From NCBI GenBank assembly GCA_964016885.1, contig OZ024743.1, positions 18,600,001-18,664,000 on the forward strand: a DNA stretch of 64,000 nucleotides. The letters are read 5' to 3'. Both the position numbers and the translations under genes were made by a program. Below are positions 52,901-64,000 of this stretch, piece after piece. The notes under the pieces are model-generated. The model saw only the letters and a list, made by a program, of their open reading frames with translations. It had not been told where the DNA came from and ran no database searches. How positions within the stretch are numbered: the first letter of the stretch is position 1; each line of letters opens with the position of its first letter. This DNA is from Eledone cirrhosa (lineage: Eukaryota).

Positions 52901-55900
52901 CGATATGTTTCTTCGGAAAATATATTTGCTCCATTCCAGAAACTAATTAGTTGGAAGTGATTTTTTAGTAAGTAAGTTAATTTTATAATTTTCTTATTTT
53001 ACGTCTCTCATACTATTGTTCTGCAACCCCATGCATTGAACCACATTGTTAATAAGACAAAACCTATATATTTGCTAGCATTGATATGCATCTGTGTGTA
53101 TATAAATGTTGCTACATATAAATTCCTTATAATTATCTCCAATTCATTTGTCGAGCAATATTTGGCCATGACTGCTACTATGGTAGTAAGCTGGCCGCTG
53201 TCTTAATAACCACTCGCTTTCCACTGATTCACCTCGATGTCACGTGATTGATTCTTTTTGAATTTGCTCCGGACGTAGAGGCAGTGATTTTCTCAATGGC
53301 TTGGAATCCAGTCCACGCATCGCTATTTCCATTCCACTGAATTATTTTTTTAATAAGTTTCCAGTGTCCTCGCTATGCCTGGAGACCTATACGGAAAAAT
53401 ACTTTCCTGATGACGGAATGATTTTCTTTGTTTCTTCGGAAAATATATTTACTCCATTCCAGAAACTAATTAGTTGGAAGTGATTTTTTAGGAAGTAAGT
53501 TAATTTTATAATTTTCTTATTTTACGTCTCTCATATTATTGTTCTGCAACCCCATGCATTGAACCACATTGTTAATAAGACAAAACCTATATATTTGCTA
53601 GCATTGATATGCATCTGTGTGTATATAAATGTTACTAGATATAAATTCCTTATAATTATCTCCAATTCATTTGTCGAGCAAAATTTGGCCATGACTGCTA
53701 ATATGGTAGTAAGTTGGCCGCTGTCTTAATAACCACTCGCTTTCCACTGATTGACCTCGATGTCACGTGATTGATTCTTTTTCTGAATTTGCCGCGGACG
53801 TAGAGGCAGTGATTATCTCAATGGCTTGGAATCCAGTCCAGGCATCGCTATTTCCATTCCACTGAATTATTTTTTTAATAAGTTTCCAGTGTCCTCGCTA
53901 TGCCTTGAGACCTATACGGAAAAAGACTTTCCTGATGACGGAATGATTTTCGATATGTTTCTTCGGAAAATATATTTGCTCCATTCCAGAAACTAATTAG
54001 TTGGAAGTGATTTTTTAGTAAGTAAGTTAATTTTATAATTTTCTTATTTTACGTCTCTCATACTATTGTTCTGCAACCCCATGCATTGAACCACATTGTT
54101 AATAAGACAAAACCTATATATTTGCTAGCATTGATATGCATCTGTGTGTATATAAATGTTGCTACATATAAATTCCTTATAATTATCTCCAATTCATTTG
54201 TCGAGCAATATTTGGCCATGACTGCTACTATGGTAGTAAGCTGGCCGCTGTCTTAATAACCACTCGCTTTCCACTGATTCACCTCGATGTCACGTGATTG
54301 ATTCTTTTTGAATTTGCTCCGGACGTAGAGGCAGTGATTTTCTCAATGGCTTGGAATCCAGTCCACGCATCGCTATTTCCATTCCACTGAATTATTTTTT
54401 TAATAAGTTTCCAGTGTCCTCGCTATGCCTGGAGACCTATACGGAAAAATACTTTCCTGATGACGGAATGATTTTCTTTGTTTCTTCGGAAAATATATTT
54501 ACTCCATTCCAGAAACTAATTAGTTGGAAGTGATTTTTTAGGAAGTAAGTTAATTTTATAATTTTCTTATTTTACGTCTCTCATATTATTGTTCTGCAAC
54601 CCCATGCATTGAACCACATTGTAAATAAGACAAAACCTATATATTTGCTATCATTGATATGCATCTGTGTGTATATAAATGTTACTAGATATAAATTCCT
54701 TATAATTATCTCCAATTCATTTGTCGAGCAAAATTTGGCCATGACTGCTAATATGGTAGTAAGTTGGCCGCTGTCTTAATAACCACTCGCTTTCCACTGA
54801 TTGACCTCGATGTCACGTGATTGATTCTTTTTCTGAATTTGCCGAGGACGTAGAGGCAGTGATTATCTCAATGGCTTGGAATCCAGTCCAGGCATCGCTA
54901 TTTCCATTCCACTGAATTATTTTTTTAATAAGTTTCCAGTGTCCTCGCTATGCCTTGAGACCTATACGGAAAAAGACTTTCCTGATGACGGAATGATTTT
55001 CGATATGTTTCTTCGGAAAATATATTTACTCCATTCCAGAAACTAATTAGTTGGAAGTGATTTTTTAGTAAGTAAGTTAATTTTATAATTTTCTTATTTT
55101 ACGTCTCTCATATTATTGTTCTGCAACCCCATGCATTGAACCACGTTGTTAATAAGACAAAACCTATGTATTTGCTAGCATTGATATGCATCTGTGTGTA
55201 TATAAATGTTACTAGATATAAATTCCTTATAATTATCTCCAATTCATTTGTCGAGCAATATTTGGCCATGACTGCTACTGTGGTAGTAAGCTGGCCGCTG
55301 TCTTAATAACCACTCGCTTTCCACTGATTGACCTCGTTGTCACGTGATTGATTGTTTTTGAATTTGCCGCGGATGTAGAGGCAGTGATTTTCTCAATGGC
55401 TTGGAATCCAGTCCACGCATCGCTATTTCCATTCCACTGAATAATTTTTTTAGTAAGTTTCCAGTGTCCTCGCTATGCCTGGATACCTATAAGTAAAAAG
55501 TCTTTCCTGATGACGGAATTATTTTCGATATGTTTCTTCGGAAAATATATTTACTCCATTCCAGAAACTAATTAGTTGGAAGTGATTTTTTAGTAAGTAA
55601 GTTAATTTTATAATTTTCTTATTTTACGTCTCTCATATTATTGTTCTGCAACCCCATGCATTGAACCACATTGTTAATAAGACAAAACCTATATATTTGC
55701 TAGCATTGATATGCATCTGTGTGTATATAAATGTTACTAGATATAAATTCCTTATAATTATCTCCAATTCATTTGTCGAGCAATATTTGGCCATGACTGC
55801 TAATATGGTAGTAAGTTGGCCGCTGTCTTAATAACCACTCGCTTTCCACTGATTGACCTCGATGTCACGTGATTGATTCTTTTTCTGAATTTGCCGCGGA

Positions 55901-58900
55901 CGTAGATGCAGTGATTTTCTCAATGGCTTGGAATCCAGTCCAGGCATCGCTATTTCCATTCCACTGAATTATTTTTTTAATAAGTTTCCAGTGTCCTCGC
56001 TATGCCTTGAGACCTATACGGAAAAAGACTTTCCTGATGACGGAATGATTTTCGATATGTTTCTTCGGAAAATATATTTGCTCCATTCCAGAAACTAATT
56101 AGTTGGAAGTGATTTTTTAGTAAGTTAGTTAATTTTATAATTTTCTTATTTTACGTCTCTCATACTATTGTTCTGCAACCCCATGCATTGAACCACATTG
56201 TTAATAAGACAAAACCTATATATTTGCTAGCATTGATATGCATCTGTGTGTATATAAATGTTACTAGATATAAATTCCTTATAATTATCTCCAATTCATT
56301 TGTCGAGCAATATTTGGCCCTGACTGCTAATATGGTAGTAAGTTGGCCGCTGTCTTAATAACCACTCGCTTTCCACTGATTGACCTCGATGTCACGTGAT
56401 TGATTCTTTTTCTGAATTTGCCGCGGACGTAGAGGCAGTGATTTTCTCAATGGCTTGGAATCCAGTCCAGGCATCGCTATTTCCATTCCACTAAATTATT
56501 TTTTTAATAAGTTTCCAGTGTCCTCGCTATGCCTTGAGACCTATACGGAAAAAGACTTTCCTGAAGACGGAATGATTTTCGATATGTTTCTTCGGAAAAT
56601 ATATTTACTCCATTCAAGAAACTAATTAGTTGGAAGTGATTTTTTAGTAAGTAAGTTAATTTTATAATTTTCTTATTTTTCGTCTCTCATACTATTGTTC
56701 TGCAACCCCATGCATTGAACCACATTGTTAATAAGACAAAACCTATATATTTGCTAGCATTGATATGCATCTGTGTGTATATAAATGTTGCTACATATAA
56801 ATTCCTTATAATTATCTCCAATTCATTTGTCGAGCAATATTTGGCCATGACTGCTACTATGGTAGTAAGCTGGCCGCTGTCTTAATAACCACTCGCTTTC
56901 CACTGATTGACCTCGATGTCACATGATTGATTCTTTTTGAATTTGCCGCGGACGTAGAGACAGTGATTTTCTCAATGGCTTGGAATCCAGTCCAGGCATC
57001 GCTATTTCCATTCCACTGAATTATTTTTATAATAAGTTTCCAGTGTCCTCGCTATGCCTGGAGACCTATAGGGAAAAAAACTTTCCTGATGACGGAATGA
57101 TTTTCTTTATGTTTCTTCGGAAAATATATTTACTCCATTCCAGAAACTAATTAGTTGGAAGTGATTTTTTAGGAAGTAAGTTAATTTTATAATTTTCTTA
57201 TTTTACGACTCTCATATTATTGTTCTGCAACCCCATGCATTGAACCACATTGTTAATAAGACAAAACCTATATATTTGCTAGCATTGATATGCATCTGTG
57301 TGTATATAAATGTTACTAGATATAAATTCCTTATAATTATCTCCAATTCATTTGTCGAGCAATATTTGGCCATGACTGCTACTGTGGTAGTAAGCTGGCC
57401 GCTGTCTTAATAACCACTCGCTTTCCACTGATTGACCTCGTTGTCACGTGATTGATTGTTTTTGAATTTGCCGCGGATGTAGAGGCAGTGATTTTCTCAA
57501 TGGCTTGGAATCCAGTCCACGCATCGCTATTTCCATTCCACTGAATAATTTTTTTAATAAGTTTCCAGTGTCCTCGCTATGCCTGGATACCTATACGTAA
57601 AAAGTCTTTCCTGATGACGGAATTATTTTCGATATGTTTCTTCGGAAAATATATTTACTCCATTCCAGAAACTAATTAGTTGGAAGTGATTTTTTAGTAA
57701 GTAAGTTAATTTTATAATTTTCTTATCTTACGTCTCTCATATTATTGTTCTGCAACCCCATGCATTGAACCACATTGTTAATAAGACAAAACCTATATAT
57801 TTGCTAGCATTGATATGCATGTGTGTGTATATAAATGTTACTAGATATAAATTCCTTATAATTATCTCCAATTCATTTGTCGAGCAATATTTGGCCATGA
57901 CTGCTACTATGGTAGTAAGTTGGCCGCTGTCTTAATAACCACTCGCTTTCCACTGATTGACCTCGATGTCACGTGATTGATTCTTTTTCTGAATTTGCCG
58001 CGGACGTAGAGGCAGTGATTTTCTCAATGGCTTGGAATCCAGTCCAGGCATCGCTATTTCCATTCCACTGAATTATTTTTTTAATAAGTTTCCAGTGTAC
58101 TCGCTATGCCTTGAGACCTATACGGAAAAAGACTTTCCTGATGACGGAATGATTTTCGATATGTTTCTTCGGAAAATATATTTGCTCCATTCCAGAAACT
58201 AATTAGTTGGAAGTGATTTTTTAGTAAGTAAGTTAATTTTATAATTTTCTTATTTTACGTCTCTCATACTATTGTTCTGCAACCCCATGCATTGAACCAC
58301 ATTGTTAATAAGACAAAACCTATATATTTGCTAGCATTGATATGCATCTGTGTGTATATAAATGTTGCTACATATAAATTCCTTATAATTATCTCCAATT
58401 CATTTGTCGAGCAATATTTGGCCATGACTGCTACTATGGTAGTAAGCTGGCCGCTGTCTTAATAACCACTCGCTTTCCACTGATTCACCTCGATGTCACG
58501 TGATTGATTCTTTTTGAATTTGCTCCGGACGTAGAGGCAGTGATTTTCTCAATGGCTTGGAATCCAGTCAACGCATCGCTATTTCCATTCCACTGAATTA
58601 TTTTTTTAATAAGTTTCCAGTGTCCTCGCTATGCCTGGAGACCTATACGGAAAAATACTTTCCTGATGACGGAATGATTTTCTTTGTTTCTTCGGAAAAT
58701 ATATTTACTCCATTCCAGAAACTAATTAGTTGGAAGTGATTTTTTAGGAAGTAAGTTAATTTTATAATTTTCTTATTTTACGTCTCTCATATTATTGTTC
58801 TGCAACCCCATGCATTGAACCACATTGTTAATAAGACAAAACCTATATATTTGCTAGCATTGATATGCATCTGTGTGTATATAAATGTTACTAGATATAA

Positions 58901-60500
58901 ATTCCTTATAATTATCTCCAATTCATTTGTCGAGCAAAATTTGGCCATGACTGCTAATATGGTAGTAAGTTGGCCGCTGTCTTAATAACCACTCGCTTTC
59001 CACTGATTGACCTCGATGTCACGTGATTGATTCTTTTTCTAAATTTGCCGCGGACGTAGAGGCAGTGATTATCTCAATGGCTTGGAATCCAGTCCAGGCA
59101 TCGCTATTTCCATTCCACTGAATTATTTTTTTAATAAGTTTCCAGTGTCCTCGCTATGCCTTGAGACCTATACGGAAAAAGACTTTCCTGATGACGGAAT
59201 GATTTTCGATATGTTTCTTCGGAAAATATATTTGCTCCATTCCAGAAACTAATTAGTTGGAAGTGATTTTTTAGTAAGTAAGTTAATTTTATAATTTTCT
59301 TATTTTACGTCTCTCATACTATTGTTCTGCAACCCCATGCATTGAACCACATTGTTAATAAGACAAAACCTATATATTTGCTAGCATTGATATGCATCTG
59401 TGTGTATATAAATGTTGCTACATATAAATTCCTTATAATTATCTCCAATTCATTTGTCGAGCAATATTTGGCCATGACTGCTACTATGGTAGTAAGCTGG
59501 CCGCTGTCTTAATAACCACTCGCTTTCCACTGATTCACCTCGATGTCACGTGATTGATTCTTTTTGAATTTGCTCCGGACGTAGAGGCAGTGATTTTCTC
59601 AATGGCTTGGAATCCAGTCCACGCATCGCTATTTCCATTCCACTGAATTATTTTTTTAATAAGTTTCCAGTGTCCTCGCTATGCCTGGAGACCTATACGG
59701 AAAAATACTTTCCTGATGACGGAATGATTTTCTTTGTTTCTTCGGAAAATATATTTACTCCATTCCAGAAACTAATTAGTTGGAAGTGATTTTTTAGGAA
59801 GTAAGTTAATTTTATAATTTTCTTATTTTACGTCTCTCATATTATTGTTCTGCAACCCCATGCATTGAACCACATTGTTAATAAGACAAAACCTATATAT
59901 TTGCTAGCATTGATATGCATCTGTGTGTATATAAATGTTACTAGATATAAATTCCTTATAATTATCTCCAATTCATTTGTCGAGCAAAATTTGGCCATGA
60001 CTGCTAATATGGTAGTAAGTTGGCCGCTGTCTTAATAACCACTCGCTTTCCACTGATTGACCTCGATGTCACGTGATTGATTCTTTTTCTGAATTTGCCG
60101 CGGACGTAGAGGCAGTGATTATCTCAATGGCTTGGAATCCAGTCCAGGCATCGCTATTTCCATTCCACTGAATTATTTTTTTAATAAGTTTCCAGTGTCC
60201 TCGCTATGCCTTGAGACCTATACGGAAAAAGACTTTCCTGATGACGGAATGATTTTCGATATGTTTCTTCGGAAAATATATTTACTCCATTCCAGAAACT
60301 AATTAGTTGGAAGTGATTTTTTAGTAAGTAAGTTAATTTTATAATTTTCTTATTTTACGTCTCTCATATTATTGTTCTGCAACCCCATGCATTGAACCAC
60401 GTTGTTAATAAGACAAAACCTATGTATTTGCTAGCATTGATATGCATCTGTGTGTATATAAATGTTACTAGATATAAATTCCTTATAATTATCTCCAATT
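50000..60500 (+). repeat. 10-monomer higher-order duplication (5256 bp) with nested dimer (1050 bp); boundaries approximate
   Basis: gccctgactg at 51061/56317, tatagggaaa at 51811/57067, variant ORFs at 53301/58557 and 54351/59607. Confidence 0.85.
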
Positions 60501-63500
60501 CATTTGTCGAGCAATATATGGCCATGACTGCTACTATGGTAGTAAGCTGGCCGCTGTCTTAATAACCACTCGCTTTCCACTGATTGAACTCGATATCACG
60601 TGATTGATTCTTTTTGAATTTGCCGCGGACGTAGAGACAGTGATTTTCTCAATGGCTTGGAATCCAGTCCACGCATCGCTATTTCCATTCCACTGAATTA
60701 TTTTTTTAATAAGTTTCCAGTGTCCTCGCTATGCCTGGAGACCTATACGGAAAAAGACTTTCCTGAAGACGGAATGATTTTCGATATGTTTCTTCGGAAA
60801 ATATATTTACTCCATTCCAGAAACTAATTAGTTGGAAGTGATTTTTTAGGAAGTAAGTTAATTTTATAATTTTCTTATTTTACGACTCTCATATTATTGT
60901 TCTGCAACCCCATGCATTGAACCACATTGTTAATAAGACAAAACCTATATATTTGCTAGCATTGATATGCATCTGTGTGTATATAAATGATACTAGATAT
61001 ACATTCCTTATAATTATCTCCAATTCATTTGTCGAGCAATATTTGGCCATGACTCCTACTGTGGTAGTAAGCTGGCCGCTGTCTTAATAACCACTTGCTT
61101 TCCACTGATTGACCTCGTTGTCACGTGATTGATTGTTTTTGAATTTGCCGCGGATGTAGAGGCAGTGATTTTCTCAATGGCTTGGAATCCAGTCCACGCA
61201 TCGCTATTTCCATTCCACTGAATAATTTTTTTAATAAGTTTCCAGTGTCCTCGCTATGCCTGGATACCTATACGTAAAAAGTCTTTCCTGATGACGGAAT
61301 TATTTTCGATATGTTTCTTCGGAAAATATATTTACTCCATTCCAGAAACTAATTAGTTGGAAGTGATATTTTAGTAAGTAAGTTAATTTTATAATTTTCT
61401 TATCTTACGTCTCTCATATTATTGTTCTGCAAATCCATGCATTGAACCACATAGTTAATAAGACGAAACCTATGTATTTGCTAGCATTGATATGCATCTG
61501 TGTGTATATAAATGTTACTAGATATAAATTCCTTATAATTATCTCCAATTCATTTGTCGAGCAATATTTGGCCATGACTGCTACTATGGTAGTAAGCTGG
61601 CCGCTGTCTTAATTACCACTCGCTTTCCACTGATTCACCTCGATGTCATGTGATTGATTCTTTTTGAATTTGCTCCGGACGTAGAGGCAGTGATTTTCTC
61701 AATGGCTTGGAATCCAGTCCACGCATCGCTATTTCCATTCAACTGAATTATTTTTTAATAAGTTTCCAGTGTCCTCGCTATGCCTGGAGACCTATACGGA
61801 AAAATACTTTCCTGATGACGGAATGATTTTCTTTGTTTCTTCGGAAAATATATTTACTCCATTCCAGAAGCTAATTAGTTGGAAGTGATTTTTTAGGAAA
61901 TAAGTTAATTTTATAATTTTCTTATTTTACGTCTCTCATATTATTGTTCTGCAACCCCATGCATTGAACCACATTGTTAATAAGACAAAACCTATATATT
62001 TGCTAGCATTGATATGCATCTGTGTGTATATAAATGTTACTAGATATAAATTCCTTATAATTATCTCCAATTCATTTGTCGAGCAATATTTGGCCATGAC
62101 TGCTACTATGGTAGTAAGCTGGCCGCTGTCTTAATAACCACTCGCTTTCCACTGATTGACCTCGATGTCACATGATTGATTCTTTTTGAATTTGCCGCGG
62201 GCGTAGAGACAGTGATTTACACAATGGCTTGGAATCCAGTCCACGCATAGCTATTTCCATTCCACTGAATTATTTTTGTAATAAGTTTCCAGTGTCCTCG
62301 CTATGCCTGGAGACCTATACGGAAAAATACTTTCCTGATGACGGAATGATTTTCTTTATGTTTCTTCGGAAAATATATTTACTCCATTCCAGAAACTAAT
62401 TAGTTGGAAGTGATTTTTTAGGAAGTAAGTTAATTTTATAATTTTCTTATTTTACGACTCTCATATTATTGTTCTGCAACCCCATGCATTGAACCACATT
62501 GTTAATAAGACAAACCCTATATATTTGCTAGCATTGATATGCATCTGTGTGTATATAAATGTTACTAGATATAAATTCCTTATAATTATCTCCAATTCAT
62601 TTGTCGAGCAATATTTGGCCATGACTGCTTATATGGTAGTAAGCTGGCCGCTGTCTTAATAACCACTCGCTTTCCACTGATTCACCTCGATGTCACGTGA
62701 TTGATTCTTTTTCTGAATTTGCCGCGGACGTAGAGGCACTGATTTTCTCAATGGCTTGGAATCCAGTTCAGGCATCGCTATTTCCATTCCACTGAATTAT
62801 TTTTTTAATAAGTTTCCAGTGTCCTCGCTATGCCTTGAGACCTATACGGAAAAAGACTTTCCTGATGACGGAATGATTTTCGATATGTTTCTTCGGAAAA
62901 TATATTTACTCCATTCCAGAAACTAATTAGTTGGAAGTGATTTTTTAGTAAGTAAGTTAATTTTATAATTTTCTTATTTTACGTCTCTCATATTATTGTT
63001 CTGCAACCCCATGCATTGAACCACGTTGTTAATAAGACAAAACCTATGTATTTGCTAGCATTGATATGCATCTGTGTGTATATAAATGTTACTAGATATA
63101 AATTCCTTATAATTATCTCCAATTCATTTGTCGAGCAATATTTGGCCATGACTGCTACTATGGTAGTAAGCTGGCCGCTGTCTTAATAACCACTCGCTTT
63201 CCACTGATTGAACTCGATATCACGTGATTGATTCTTTTTGAATTTGCCGCGGACGTAGAGGCAGTGATTTACACAATGGCTTGGAATCCAGTCCACGCAT
63301 AGCTATTTCCATTCCACTGAATTATTTTTGTAATAAGTTTCCAGTGTCCTCGCTATGCCTGGAGACCTATACGGAAAAATACTTTCCTGATGACGGAATG
63401 ATTTTCTTTATGTTTCTTCGGAAAATATATTTACTCCATTCCAGAAACTAATTAGTTGGAAGTGATTTTTTAGGAAGTAAGTTAATTTTATAATTTTCTT

Positions 63501-64000
63501 ATTTTACGACTCTCATATTATTGTTCTGCAACCCCATGCATTGAACCACATTGTTAATAAGACAAACCCTATATATTTGCTAGCATTGATATGCATCTGT
63601 GTGTATATAAATGTTACTAGATATAAATTCCTTATAATTATCTCCAATTCATTTGTCGAGCAATATTTGGCCATGACTGCTACTATGGTAGTAAGCTGGC
63701 CGCTGTCTTAATAACCACTCGCTTTCCACTGATTGACCTCGATGTCACGTGATTGATTGTTTTTGAATTTGCCGCGGATGTAGAGGCAGTGATTTTATCA
63801 ATGGCTTGGAATCCAGTCCACGCATCGCTATTTCCATTCCACTGAATTATTTTTTTAATAAGTTTCCAGTGTCCTCGCTATGCCTGGAGACCTATACGGG
63901 AAAAGACTTTCCTGATGACGGAAAGATTTTCTATATGTTTCTTCGGAAAATATATTTACTCCAATCCAGAAACTAATTAGTTGGAAGTGATTTTTCAGTA

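Larger units (their letters stand above)
9405..64000 (+). repeat. Tandem satellite array, ~525-bp AT-rich monomer, ~104 copies in window, continues past window end
   Basis: Anchor 'atattattgttctgcaacccc' (or a 1-nt variant) recurs at 9405, 9930, 10454, 10978, 11503, 12028, 12552, 13077 and onward. Monomers differ by scattered SNPs and 1-2 bp indels; no interrupting insertion seen. Confidence 0.99.

Noticed and set aside
9308-59789. Short ORFs within the satellite (60-97 aa)
   Set aside because: They open and close with single SNPs or indels among monomers; useful only as higher-order repeat markers.
9405-64000. CRISPR-like or tRNA/5S/snRNA gene array
   Set aside because: No unique spacers, no cas genes, and no recognisable tRNA, 5S or snRNA sequence in the monomer.

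Overview
Eukaryotic (probably invertebrate animal) repetitive DNA with no recognisable host gene, in two parts. (1) Positions 1-9.2 kb are a head-to-tail pile of minus-strand non-LTR retrotransposons of the R2 superfamily, R4/Dong-like clade (single ORF: Myb-like domain, reverse transcriptase, CCHC knuckle, PD-(D/E)xK restriction-like endonuclease). It holds one copy running off the window start, a ~330-bp chimeric 3'-end element and one copy with an intact 1130-aa ORF, each bounded by (TAA)n tracts. (2) Positions 9.4-64 kb are a tandem array of ~104 monomers of ~525 bp with nested higher-order repeats. The main observation is that the monomer consensus folds by eye, on the + strand, into a type I hammerhead ribozyme: stem I ACTTTC/GGAAGT, CTGATGA core, long stem II capped by cUUCGg, GAAA, palindromic stem III ACTAATTAGT and a GUU site. 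The satellite therefore looks like a very large retrozyme-like or Penelope pseudo-LTR-like ribozyme array. An inverted, diverged copy of the ribozyme region sits at the array edge. All folding and counting was done manually and self-cleavage is untested.
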